NCBI GenBank assembly: GCA_947628965.1
Contig: CANRBV010000001.1
Coordinates: 41,225-105,224, forward strand
DNA: 64,000 nucleotides
Direction of reading: 5' to 3'
DNA from: an uncultured Bacilli bacterium
Lineage (GTDB): Bacteria > Bacillota_I > Bacilli_A > RF39 > UBA660
Shown: in pieces, positions 37,511 to 47,363 of the stretch
Layout: each line of letters begins with the position of its first letter
How positions within the stretch are numbered: the stretch's first letter is position 1
Notes under the pieces: model-generated
What the model was told of the DNA's origin: nothing
Database searches by the model: none
Seen by the model: the letters and a program-made list of their open reading frames with translations, nothing else
Translations under genes and position numbers: made by a program

Positions 37511-38638
37511 TTATGCTATTTCTATATTATTTAAATTAATATTATTAAAATTATCAATTTGAAAAGAGGCATTCTTTACAATTTGGTTATATCCACTTTT
37601 CATAATTTCATCGGTTAGACCAAATACTTGAGCAAAGGATAAATATCTATCCCATAGAATTACTTCTTCAGGATTTTTATCTACAAAATTACCAAAATCC
37701 GAAAGAAAATTTTTAAATGAAATTAATTTTTGTAATTCTTCTACTCCTTTATTGGTTCTTAATAAGTGATTATTTAAAGCTTCATAATAAGAACTATTTT
37801 TTACATTTTTTCCTATTTTAATAACACTTTTAATTATATACAATACATAAAAAGGTATGAATAATAAGACATAGGCTAGTATAAACGCTAGTAAGGCGTT
37901 TAAAAAACCAGATCCAAACCCAAATAGTGTTGCTATAGCAATACTGGTAATTAAATGAGCTTTTCTCATTTTTTTTAGTTCCGCCATATTATCAAAATTA
38001 CTTTTCTTTTTTTCTTCATCTTGATGATAATAAAGATTTAGCTTTTTCCCATCTTCTAAGCAATACTTAAACCATTCTTTATAATTAATATTTTTTAAAT
38101 TGTTTGTTTGTACTAAATTCAAAATATACTTTTCGTTATCGAGTAAGTGTTCATCCGCTGGTTTTAATATTTTAATAAAGTATTTATCCATTTCTTTGTT
38201 TAATGAAAGATACTTTTTGGCACATAAATCAAGTACAACAGCTATAATATCTTTTTCATTTTCAATTTTAGAATCAAACAAAAGTGAGGTTACACCAATA
38301 CCATAATTATTTGGTAATTCTCTATAATAAATATAGGGATTTGTTTTTTTAATTGCTTTATTTTCTTTATAAATAAACCTTTTGCCTTTTATTTTTCCTA
38401 ATGTGCTTCCTATAATTGTTGAAATGTAGAAAAATAAAATAAAGCTTAACAGAAATAAAACTAGAGCTTTGGTTGATGTTGTTTGAAAAAAACCAGTTTG
38501 AGTTAAAGGCGCTTTATACACTTTTATTATTCCATAGCTAAGACCCGCAATAAATATAATATTTAATAGTAATAAGATTAGCCAAACCACTAGGGGATAT
38601 TTTTGTTTAGTTTTGTATTGTGTTTCATCACTTTTCAT
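37511..38638 (-). CDS. Polytopic membrane protein, function unknown
   Basis: Several hydrophobic helices at both ends with a soluble central region. Confidence 0.6.
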   Translation of the reverse strand: MKSDETQYKTKQKYPLVVWLILLLLNIIFIAGLSYGIIKVYKAPLTQTGFFQTTSTKALVLFLLSFILFFYISTIIGSTLGKIKGKRFIYKENKAIKKTNPYIYYRELPNNYGIGVTSLLFDSKIENEKDIIAVVLDLCAKKYLSLNKEMDKYFIKILKPADEHLLDNEKYILNLVQTNNLKNINYKEWFKYCLEDGKKLNLYYHQDEEKKKSNFDNMAELKKMRKAHLITSIAIATLFGFGSGFLNALLAFILAYVLLFIPFYVLYIIKSVIKIGKNVKNSSYYEALNNHLLRTNKGVEELQKLISFKNFLSDFGNFVDKNPEEVILWDRYLSFAQVFGLTDEIMKSGYNQIVKNASFQIDNFNNINLNNIEIA

Positions 38639-38779
38639 ATTTCTTTCCTTTCAACTAGAAACGTAAATTCCTTACTTTTTCTAATTTTATTATAGCATTG
38701 ATTATAGAAATTAGGAAAAAAATTTATTTTTTCAAGGCATTATCAATATTTTAGATATATATTAGTAATATTATTTCAA

Positions 38780-39805
38780 TTATTTTAATTTTATAATTGA
38801 ATTTAAGTAATAACGGTCATCTACTTTTTTAAATTGGTATTGATAACGATTTAATTTTTTAGCATTAGCACTTAAATCATTTTCATTTACATTTGTAACA
38901 GTAGGTTCAAATAAATTATCAAATGTATAAAAAGCGCTTTCACTAGCATTATAAAGTGTTGCATATGTTATCATATATAAAACATTGCCATCTTCATATA
39001 TATCATCTATTTCTTCAATTATTTTATTGGTTGCTGTACTACACTTATTATTATCTGCTGTAAATTTATCTTTTTCTTGATTATATTTAAAGTTTAAACA
39101 CTTATAAGTAAAATTCACAGGATTATAATAAGTCGTAGAGCCAAATAAATTTTCAAAAGCTTCTTTTAAAACACTTCCTTCAACCGTAATACTTACGGAA
39201 TTTGTCTTAATATTTTTAGAACTTACTTGATGATAAGCTAAATTTAATAGCACACTTGATTTCATTTCGCTAATCTCTCTATCCGTACTATATAAATAAT
39301 ATGCACTTACTTGATCGGCATTTAATGAAAGTTTGGCGTTATCTAGTAAATAGCCATAATTTTCGATATACCATTTTTTATCTTTAATCACTTCATCTTC
39401 TTTAGATGGTGTATCTAAAGTTTCTTTTTCTCCTGTTGTATTTACTCCACAAGTTCCATTTTTTTCACATTCTGATTTCATAAAATCAAAGTAGCGGGCA
39501 TCAAATAAACAATAGCCAAAATAAACAATGACCGCAATTAAACCTAAAATAAGTACATTTCTTTTAAAAATAGAAGCATTCTTATTTCTTAAAATGCGTT
39601 TTTCTTCCTCATCAATTCGATCTTGAAACTCATTATTCACATCTTCCAGTAATTCCTCTTTTAATTCTTCTTTATATTCTTTTGTAGAGTTTATAATACT
39701 TGCTTTAACTTCCTTTTCAACTTCTTCTAAGACTTTGTCTTTCATATTATCAAGAATTTCTCTTTTTAAGTCCTCTTCTTTTCTAGAGTTTTCTTCTTTA
39801 GACAT
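38780..39805 (-). CDS. Hypothetical membrane-anchored protein with acidic coiled-coil N-terminus
   Basis: Charged N-terminal about 70 aa, one TM helix, extracellular Cys-containing domain. Confidence 0.55.
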   Translation of the reverse strand: MSKEENSRKEEDLKREILDNMKDKVLEEVEKEVKASIINSTKEYKEELKEELLEDVNNEFQDRIDEEEKRILRNKNASIFKRNVLILGLIAVIVYFGYCLFDARYFDFMKSECEKNGTCGVNTTGEKETLDTPSKEDEVIKDKKWYIENYGYLLDNAKLSLNADQVSAYYLYSTDREISEMKSSVLLNLAYHQVSSKNIKTNSVSITVEGSVLKEAFENLFGSTTYYNPVNFTYKCLNFKYNQEKDKFTADNNKCSTATNKIIEEIDDIYEDGNVLYMITYATLYNASESAFYTFDNLFEPTVTNVNENDLSANAKKLNRYQYQFKKVDDRYYLNSIIKLK

Positions 39806-39875
39806 ACAAGTCCCCCTCTTTCATGCCTGCTATTATAACATAAAATCAAAAAAAAAGCACTTTTTTTGTACTTTT

Positions 39876-40262
39876 TTATAAATGGTGGCTTTGATTTCTT
39901 TCTTCACTACGTTTTAAAATTCCATAATATATTTTATCATAAGCTTCTACATTCGCTTTATAAGCCATAATAGCGCTATTGTAATCATTAAAATCTACAG
40001 CATATCCAATATTATTACGAACATATTGGGGTGCCATACCAATCAAAGATGTAACACCAACATCTTCTGCTTTTCGATATAAATCTAGAATTTCATCTAC
40101 TACCATATTTTCATCCACATTATCAGTGCATTTTGCCATTTTAGATGCAGCAGTAATCATAGCAGCAAGAACTTGAGGCTCATCTAAGTTACTCTTATTT
40201 ATAACAAATTGTTTTTCTAAATTATTTTTTAATAAAGCATCTCTTAAATCTAAATCATTCAT
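39876..40262 (-). CDS. Hypothetical protein (128 aa)
   Basis: ORF with plausible spacing. Confidence 0.5.
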   Translation of the reverse strand: MNDLDLRDALLKNNLEKQFVINKSNLDEPQVLAAMITAASKMAKCTDNVDENMVVDEILDLYRKAEDVGVTSLIGMAPQYVRNNIGYAVDFNDYNSAIMAYKANVEAYDKIYYGILKRSEERNQSHHL

Positions 40263-40362
40263 TTGATTTCCTCCTAACTATAAGAATAACATAAAAAGCA
40301 AAAAAATTATATTTTTCTAATAAATTTTTGTCAATAAAAAGTAAAAAAGCACAATGTGCTTT

Positions 40363-40902
40363 TTAGTAATTTTCAGCTTTTAATTCCATAAAACTTTGTG
40401 GATGTTTACAAACTGGGCAAACAACTGGAGCTTTTTCACCAACAGTAATATGGCCACAATTTCTACAAATCCAAACTTTTTCTTCACCTTTTTGGAATAC
40501 TAAATTATCTTCAATATTTCCAACAAGTTTCATATATCTTTCTTCGTGATGACGTTCTATTTCACCAACCATTTCAAAAAGAGTAGCAATTTCATTAAAT
40601 CCTTCTTCACGAGCTGTTGCCGCAAATTCTTTGTACATTTCAGTCCATTCGTAATTTTCACCATTCGCTGCATCTTTTAAATTTGTTAAAGTATCAGGAA
40701 TATCACCATCGTTTAATGCTTTAAACCATAATTTGGCATGTTCTTTTTCATTATTAGCTGTCTCTTCAAAAATAGCAGCAATTTGTTCATAACCATCTTT
40801 TTTGGCTTTAGAAGCATAATAGGTATATTTATTTCTTGCTTGACTTTCTCCAGCAAAAGCCGCCATTAAATTGCTTTCTGTTTTACTTCCTTTTAATTCC
40901 AT
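40363..40902 (-). CDS. rbr: Rubrerythrin
   Basis: Ferritin-like di-iron E..H motifs ([17 protein letters not shown]); C-terminal rubredoxin-like CRNCG...CPVCK. Confidence 0.9.
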   Translation of the reverse strand: MELKGSKTESNLMAAFAGESQARNKYTYYASKAKKDGYEQIAAIFEETANNEKEHAKLWFKALNDGDIPDTLTNLKDAANGENYEWTEMYKEFAATAREEGFNEIATLFEMVGEIERHHEERYMKLVGNIEDNLVFQKGEEKVWICRNCGHITVGEKAPVVCPVCKHPQSFMELKAENY

Positions 40903-41009
40903 ATTTATTATCTCACTTTCTTTAAATATTATAGCGATTTCTAGTTTTAAAGTAAAGTATTTATTAAAAAAAGCAACTTTTAAATTTATAAAAGTATGCT
41001 TTTTAAAAA

Positions 41010-42758
41010 CTATTTATCTGAAGTTTCTAGATCTTCCTTAGGAATTTCTTCTATAATTGGTTCATCATATTCCCCAATTACAAACGGATTATCTTCTATC
41101 ACTTCTGCATCTGAATTGTTTTCATAATTTTCTATAGTCTCTTCAGTAGGAAGCTCATTTATAACTTCTTCTGGTTCAAGTGGTTCTTCTACGATAGGAG
41201 AATCAACATAACTTGTTGCCTCATCCATTAAAGAATTGGTAATATCCATTGTTCCTAGTTGAACTTCAATTTCATCGTAAATTTCATTTGGTGTTTGATT
41301 ATATTTTTGACGATGTTTAATATTTTTAACTGCTGTATCTAAATCCTTTAATTTTTGCTTATCATTTTCAATCGCCAAAACATCTTTAGCTTTGCTTGCA
41401 TTTTCGAGTAAATATTCCATTCTACGAATTTCTTGTTTATGATTATCTATTTCTAATTCATAATTTTTAATGTACTCATTTTCAAGAACATAAGCCTTAT
41501 TTACTAGTTCTTTTTGATTTTCTTTATATTGGTCAATTATTTTAACAATATCTTCTAACTCTTTTTGTTTTCTTTCGTAAGCAGCAATTAAAATGGCTCT
41601 TCTTTTAGGCGTTTTATCTTCATTTTCTGTTTCTATAATTTCTTTATATTCAGAAAGTTCTTTTTTTAATTGTTCATAAACTTCCATAGTATGTGCTAAA
41701 TGAAAAGTTAAATCTTTAAATTTTTTAGTATCAATTAAATTAATCTCTTCTCTTGCATCCTTTATTTTTTCTTCTAAATCTTTTATTAATTCATTTAAAT
41801 AAGAAATTCTTTCCTCAATAATTTCAGTATCTCCACTAGAATAATTTTTGGTATCAATTAAAGATGCAAATTCATCTCTAGCAGTAGTTGCAGATTCTTC
41901 TTCTTCTTGAAGCATAGCTGTAAGTTCATTGCTACTTGGAATATCCATATAAGGTTTAGATTTTACAATAGTTACTAATTCTTGCAATTTGGTAAGGGCA
42001 TTACTTTTTTCATCATGAATAATAAATTCTTTAGCATCGTTTGCTAGAATAGCTGGATCTGTAATAATTTCTAATCGTCTTTTTTCTAGATTTGAAATAT
42101 GTTTTTGCAACTCTTGCATTTTTTTATCATCTTGTTCTTTTAATTCTTCATCAATATAAGAGTTTTGGGTTTCTAAATTTCTTTTTGTTTCTTCCAAACG
42201 ATCTTTATCGCTTTCTAAATTACAATTTAGTTTTTCCATGGCAATATTTAATTCATTTAATTTATCTAAAGTTTTATTTTCTTGAATAACAAAATCACTT
42301 AAGTTACTTTCAAGTTCTTTTATTTTTTCTCTTTCTTCTTTTAAAACATTTTCATAGTATTCTTTAGTTGATGCATCACGAATAGTCAAAAGTCGTTTAT
42401 TTAGTTCATCTATATATTCTTTACTTTTTCTAATATCATTTTGAAAGTCAATGATTCTATTGTGTAAATTCGTTTCCTCTTCCACCACAATATCTATTTC
42501 TTTTTGGAGTTTTTTAATAGCTTTTTCTTGTTTTTTAATTTTTGCTTCAAGACTAACCTTAATATTTTCATCTACTTGCTTTTCACTAATTTTAAAATAT
42601 TTATCTTCTCTTGATTCACGCAAAGATACAAGTTCATCTTTTAACTCGTCAATTTCATTTTCTACTTCTTTTAATTCTGCTCTCAAAGTATCGACACTAG
42701 CAGTAGATTCTGCCATTTCTACTAAAAGATCAATCTTTTTTAATAATCCTGTTTGCAT
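41010..42758 (-). CDS. Long coiled-coil protein with acidic C-terminal tail
   Basis: Heptad-like E/K/L-rich sequence throughout; DE-rich C-terminus. Confidence 0.6.
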   Translation of the reverse strand: MQTGLLKKIDLLVEMAESTASVDTLRAELKEVENEIDELKDELVSLRESREDKYFKISEKQVDENIKVSLEAKIKKQEKAIKKLQKEIDIVVEEETNLHNRIIDFQNDIRKSKEYIDELNKRLLTIRDASTKEYYENVLKEEREKIKELESNLSDFVIQENKTLDKLNELNIAMEKLNCNLESDKDRLEETKRNLETQNSYIDEELKEQDDKKMQELQKHISNLEKRRLEIITDPAILANDAKEFIIHDEKSNALTKLQELVTIVKSKPYMDIPSSNELTAMLQEEEESATTARDEFASLIDTKNYSSGDTEIIEERISYLNELIKDLEEKIKDAREEINLIDTKKFKDLTFHLAHTMEVYEQLKKELSEYKEIIETENEDKTPKRRAILIAAYERKQKELEDIVKIIDQYKENQKELVNKAYVLENEYIKNYELEIDNHKQEIRRMEYLLENASKAKDVLAIENDKQKLKDLDTAVKNIKHRQKYNQTPNEIYDEIEVQLGTMDITNSLMDEATSYVDSPIVEEPLEPEEVINELPTEETIENYENNSDAEVIEDNPFVIGEYDEPIIEEIPKEDLETSDK

Positions 42759-42864
42759 ACTAAAGCACTCCCTTTATTCTTTTACTATTAACATAGTACC
42801 ATAAACAAAATCAATTTGCAAGAATTTAAAACATCATTAATAAAAAGAACAAAAGAATAAAATT

Positions 42865-43584
42865 TTATTCTTTGCTATCAACATTATGATATATATTTGT
42901 TACATCTTCTATTTCATCTAAAATATGCATTAATTTTTCAAAATCTGCCATTTCTTCTTGATTTAGTGTAACTTTATCTTTAGGATAGTAACCCGTTTCA
43001 TCCACAAGGTAATCAATATTGGCATTCATTTGTTCAAGGCTGTCTTTTAATTTATGTTGTATATTAGGATTTACTGTAATTGTAATAATTCCTTCTTCCG
43101 ATTCAAAATCAATAATGTCTATCCCTTGTTCCAAAAGTGTATTAAATATTTCTTCCTCTTTATCACTTTTAAATCGAACTAAAGTTAAATAATCATAGTT
43201 ATAGGAAACAGAGTTAGTAACACCTAAACTTTTATGAACCTTATTAAAAGCTGCTCTAACATCTGCAACTGTACGATTAACATTATCCGTCATTGTTTTT
43301 ATTATTAAAGTTGATGCCCCAGGACCAAATCCTTCATAAAAAATCGTTTGATAGTCTTCTGCACTTGCACCTTTTGCTTTTTCTATAGCACGATTTATAA
43401 CATCACTTGGTATTTGCTCTTTTTTAGCTTTTTCTATCAATCTTCTTAAATTTAAATTCCCATCAGGGTCTGTTCCCCCATTTTTGGCTGTTTGATAAAT
43501 TTCTTTAGCAAAGCTTGAATAAATTTTAGCCTTTTGTGCTCCAGTTTTAGCTTTGCTTGCTGCTATACTAGGAAATCTTCCCAT
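42865..43584 (-). CDS. yebC: YebC/PmpR-family DNA-binding regulatory protein
   Basis: MGRFPSIAASKAKTGAQKAKIYS...LIREI-like N-terminus typical of YebC; GAGGGA RBS before the internal ATG. Confidence 0.85.
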   Translation of the reverse strand: MGRFPSIAASKAKTGAQKAKIYSSFAKEIYQTAKNGGTDPDGNLNLRRLIEKAKKEQIPSDVINRAIEKAKGASAEDYQTIFYEGFGPGASTLIIKTMTDNVNRTVADVRAAFNKVHKSLGVTNSVSYNYDYLTLVRFKSDKEEEIFNTLLEQGIDIIDFESEEGIITITVNPNIQHKLKDSLEQMNANIDYLVDETGYYPKDKVTLNQEEMADFEKLMHILDEIEDVTNIYHNVDSKE

Positions 43585-43614
43585 TTTTTCATCCCTCACT
43601 TTTTCTTTATCATA

Positions 43615-44664
43615 TCATAAAAATTTTAATTGTGTTAAAAATTTATAAACAAAATGATTTATTTCTTTTTCTTTTTGAAGTTTTTTTAGCATAATATATG
43701 GATGATATATTTTATAATAATTTATATTTTTATTTTTCATCCAATATTCCATAGCCATTAAAACTACTTCTTTATTTGTCTTAGCATGAAAAAAACCTTT
43801 CAATCTTTTTAATTCATGTTTATTTATTTTGCGAGTCAATAAATTATAAAAACATTTTGGTATTCTTTTAAAGCAATAATACTTTCCATCATATTTTTTA
43901 ATTACTCGCAATGTATCATAATAACCCATTTTAATATTTTCAATTAGGGTTTTTGTATCAAAAATTAAAACTCCCCCTAAACTTCTTTTAGGAGTTATTT
44001 TAATAATTTCAACTTCTTTTAATGGTTTTCTACTGAAGTTAATAATTGGATTTAATTCAACAACATATATTTTTTTGCAGCCTTTTTCAATTAACATATT
44101 GAGAGGTGTGTTGTCATAAAATCCACCATCTATATAATAATGATCATCTACCTTTTTTTCTAAATGAAAAATTGGTAAATAACAACTTGCTAAAATGTAA
44201 TCTTTGATTTTTTCTTTTATCATATCTTTTTTAAAAATATACAAAGGTTTAAAATCTTTTAAGCGTACGGTACAAATACCAAAATCCATTTTATTTTTTA
44301 ATAGGGTATCTTCATCTAAATATGTATCCAATATTTTTTCTAAACCGTCGATAGCAATTCCTTTAGATTTTAATATATGAATAAAATTTTTAAAGCCTAA
44401 TTTAATATAATCAAAATCAAATTCTTTCTCTATTTTTTTACGAATATATTCTTTATCAAAATTAAGTAATTCCCCAATGGAAACATGGCACCAAAAATCC
44501 AAAAGTTCTTTTTCCTTTCCGCTTGCGATCAACGCTCCATTAAAAGCTCCAATTGATGTGCCTACCACTGCATTAAATTTTATGTGAGCCTTTTTAAAAG
44601 CATAATATGCTCCAATTTGATATGCTCCTCTGGCTCCTCCTCCTTGCAATGCAAGTCCAATCAT
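43615..44664 (-). CDS. Patatin-like phospholipase
   Basis: GGGARG oxyanion motif and GTSIG nucleophile elbow. Confidence 0.85.
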   Translation of the reverse strand: MIGLALQGGGARGAYQIGAYYAFKKAHIKFNAVVGTSIGAFNGALIASGKEKELLDFWCHVSIGELLNFDKEYIRKKIEKEFDFDYIKLGFKNFIHILKSKGIAIDGLEKILDTYLDEDTLLKNKMDFGICTVRLKDFKPLYIFKKDMIKEKIKDYILASCYLPIFHLEKKVDDHYYIDGGFYDNTPLNMLIEKGCKKIYVVELNPIINFSRKPLKEVEIIKITPKRSLGGVLIFDTKTLIENIKMGYYDTLRVIKKYDGKYYCFKRIPKCFYNLLTRKINKHELKRLKGFFHAKTNKEVVLMAMEYWMKNKNINYYKIYHPYIMLKKLQKEKEINHFVYKFLTQLKFL

Positions 44665-44677
44665 ACTTTCACTTCCT

Positions 44678-45445
44678 TTATAATAATGTCAAAAAAATAG
44701 CTAAAACAAAACCTAAAGTTAACCCCCATTTCATTTCTTTTTTACCTATATTTTTTTTAACTTCAGGTAATAATTCGCACAGACTAATGTAGATAAGCAT
44801 TCCTAATGTAACGCAAAGTAATATTCCTTCAATATATTGATTTAATTCTTTTCCAAATAAAAACAAAGAAAATGCTCCAATAAAACTTGAGAGAATTAAT
44901 AGTCCATAAACAAGAACTTTAGTAAACTTATTTTCTTTTTTAAAAGAAAAACTAATAAAAATTTCAATTCCTAAAGGTAAATTGTGACAACCTACTGATA
45001 AAGCCATTAAAAGTCCTGTCTTTAAATCATTTAATCCTGTAATATAAATCGATATTCCTTCTAAAAGATTATGAATTATCAAAGAAATTGCCGTAATAAA
45101 TCCAATATGATAGAAATGATTTTTATGTTCTAATACATTATCATTTTTTTCATGATGCTCATGGGTATGTTCGGGAACAAAAAAATCTAAAATCTTTAAT
45201 AATAGAAAGCCTAAAAGCGTAAATAATAGAATTACAATACTATAGCGTATATCTTCCATAGGATTTAAAATATCTATAATTTCTGGAAATAAGTCCATTA
45301 GTATAAGAAAAAAAATAATAATTAAAGTAAAACTAGTAGTAAAGTGGATAAGTTTTTCTTTATTTTTAAAAAATCTTGGTATAACCATTCCTATTAGAAA
45401 AAAAAGACCAACAACCATTGTTAATACGAGTGCTGTATATTTCAT
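44678..45445 (-). CDS. ZIP-family (ZupT-like) metal transporter
   Basis: His-rich loop HTHEHHEKN; conserved HNLPEG-like HNLPLG motif; about 8 TM helices. Confidence 0.8.
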   Translation of the reverse strand: MKYTALVLTMVVGLFFLIGMVIPRFFKNKEKLIHFTTSFTLIIIFFLILMDLFPEIIDILNPMEDIRYSIVILLFTLLGFLLLKILDFFVPEHTHEHHEKNDNVLEHKNHFYHIGFITAISLIIHNLLEGISIYITGLNDLKTGLLMALSVGCHNLPLGIEIFISFSFKKENKFTKVLVYGLLILSSFIGAFSLFLFGKELNQYIEGILLCVTLGMLIYISLCELLPEVKKNIGKKEMKWGLTLGFVLAIFLTLL

Positions 45446-45525
45446 ATTCTCACCCTTTGTGTATCATTATAACACCTTTAAAAAAAAAGAAATAGTATTT
45501 TTATACTATTGTACATTTTGATAAA

Positions 45526-45936
45526 GATATTCGAAATGATATAAAGTTTTGATTTGGATATTCGAATTAAATAAAACCCATATATATCCTTATGTTACAA
45601 TAATTTTTGTCTAGAAAATTATGAATGGAGGTATATATATGGGGCGTAATTATTAATCGTTTAAATAATTATCCTAGACCAAAAAAGAATTTTAAAACAC
45701 CTTTACAACTTTTAGAAGAAGAACTTGGAGATTACATTTTAGATTTATTAGATTTACATCATATACCTATTGATAAACTTAATATGAAAGATATGATAAT
45801 AAAAAATCAAGAGCGAACTATGTGAGTTTATCTTGACTCTTGATTTTTTATTTCATATTTTTATCATTATTTTTCCAATAAAGTTTATCTTTATTGGTTA
45901 CTAGTTATTTAAACTCGAATATTCATTTCGAATATC
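45526..45936. mobile_element. Internally deleted IS30-family-like remnant (miniature element) bounded by inverted repeats
   Basis: GATATTCGAAATGAT (45526-45540) and its reverse complement ttcatttcgaatatc (45922-45936, 14/15). Inner partial copies gatattcgaatt / ctcgaatattc. Encloses a transposase C-terminal fragment. Confidence 0.55.
45625..45825 (+). pseudogene. C-terminal fragment of an IS30-family-like transposase
   Basis: INRLNNYPRPKKNFKTPLQLLEE resembles the conserved LNNRPRK.LG.KTP..V C-terminus of IS30-type transposases; only 66 aa, no DDE region. Confidence 0.5.
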
Positions 45937-45962
45937 CTCTCCAAAATTCACCTATTTTTATA

Positions 45963-46652
45963 CTATCCTTCTACACTTTCTTTTTGTAAAGCAGATACAG
46001 GTACGGCTTCTAAATATAAACGACCACTAAAACTTCCTTCTGTTAATTCAAGTTGGTTCTTATCTGGATCATTTAATAAATATAAGCGAAATACTAACGT
46101 TACAGTCTGTTGTTTTTCTAAAGGTATTGGAGTACTATTTAAAGTAATATCGTTTATTTTAATGACAGCTCTTGTCTCATCTGTCACTTCTGTTGTAGTT
46201 TCTGTAGCTGTACCACTTTTTTGGGTAACATTTTCAAAAGTTCCTTTAGCAATTTCAGTTAATTTTTCTTCTGTATCAAGACTCTCTTTTTTTAACAATT
46301 CCCAATGAAAATAATTTGATTTTAAATTTTTTGATATTTCAGCATCTTTCAAATAAACTGTAAATTTTCCATCTACATTGGATGTTTCCTTACTTGTTAC
46401 AGTAAAAGTCAAACTATTTGCTCTCTCAGCCACTTCATTTTCATTAATTAATATCATTTTTTCATTTTGTATAGCATTAACTGTATCTAATGAGCTATCC
46501 ACTTCAAAAATTCCTGATGTAGCAGTTGTTATACTTGGTTCTTTAAAAGTCGATTGAAAATAAGCATATGTAGAACTAAATGCTAAAACAATTAAAGATA
46601 TTACTAAAAGCATTACTTTAGCAAATTGTCTTTTGTTTTGCTTTTCTATCAT
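45963..46652 (-). CDS. Secreted protein with SipW-cognate (TasA/camelysin-type) signal peptide
   Basis: N-terminal KRQFAKVMLLVISLIVLAFSSTYAYFQS matches the ...TYAYF signal-peptide class. Confidence 0.55.
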   Translation of the reverse strand: MIEKQNKRQFAKVMLLVISLIVLAFSSTYAYFQSTFKEPSITTATSGIFEVDSSLDTVNAIQNEKMILINENEVAERANSLTFTVTSKETSNVDGKFTVYLKDAEISKNLKSNYFHWELLKKESLDTEEKLTEIAKGTFENVTQKSGTATETTTEVTDETRAVIKINDITLNSTPIPLEKQQTVTLVFRLYLLNDPDKNQLELTEGSFSGRLYLEAVPVSALQKESVEG

Positions 46653-46799
46653 TTATTATCACCTATCTTTTTTTATTATACTAAATTAAAAAAATTTATA
46701 CAATCTTTTTATAACTCTTTCTTCTAATATTTTGCCATAATATTTACTATTTGACATTTAAAATGTTAATTTTAGAATTCTAATTGCTATTTCCATTTA

Positions 46800-47363
46800 T
46801 TAAGATAGCTGTTTAAAAATATATATATTTTGCAACGAATCATCTTTTTTATCACAAGTAATTAACGTTAAATTAGTTTGATTTTTTTCTCTTCGGATAG
46901 AAATTTGACCATCTTTTTTTTCACTATAAATATAAAGAAGTTGATAGGTATATTGAATATCATTAAAGTAAACATACGCAATATCGCCTTTTTCTAATTT
47001 ATAAAGGTTTTTAAAATACGCTATTTTGCTTGTTCCACTGTGACTAGCTAATATAAGATTTCCGCATTTAACATCTGGCATGGTTGAAGTTTCAATAACT
47101 TGAATATTTTGATTTACATTATTTTTAGGATTTCCATAAGCATAAAAACCTTTTTTTAGTTTGATTTTAGGGATTTCTATTACTGCAATATAATTATTTT
47201 TAGTTAGAACTGTTTTGTCTGTAGAAAGAAAATTGTTTATTCTTTTTTCTTCTTTTTGGTCTTCAAAATAATACGTAAAAGAAATAGCCAAAAATAGAAA
47301 AAGAAATAAAAGACACAAAACCTTGATAAAAAGCTTTTTTCTTTTCACCATTTTTTTCTCCAA
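46800..47363 (-). CDS. Sortase-family transpeptidase
   Basis: N-terminal TM anchor; LILASH (His) and TLITCD (TLxTC catalytic Cys) motifs. Confidence 0.8.
   Translation of the reverse strand: MEKKMVKRKKLFIKVLCLLFLFLFLAISFTYYFEDQKEEKRINNFLSTDKTVLTKNNYIAVIEIPKIKLKKGFYAYGNPKNNVNQNIQVIETSTMPDVKCGNLILASHSGTSKIAYFKNLYKLEKGDIAYVYFNDIQYTYQLLYIYSEKKDGQISIRREKNQTNLTLITCDKKDDSLQNIYIFKQLS

Noticed and set aside
45625-45825. 66-aa ORF as a genuine small gene
   Set aside because: It is the only + strand ORF in the area, has no RBS, and its sequence matches a transposase C-terminus between inverted repeats. Called a pseudogene fragment.
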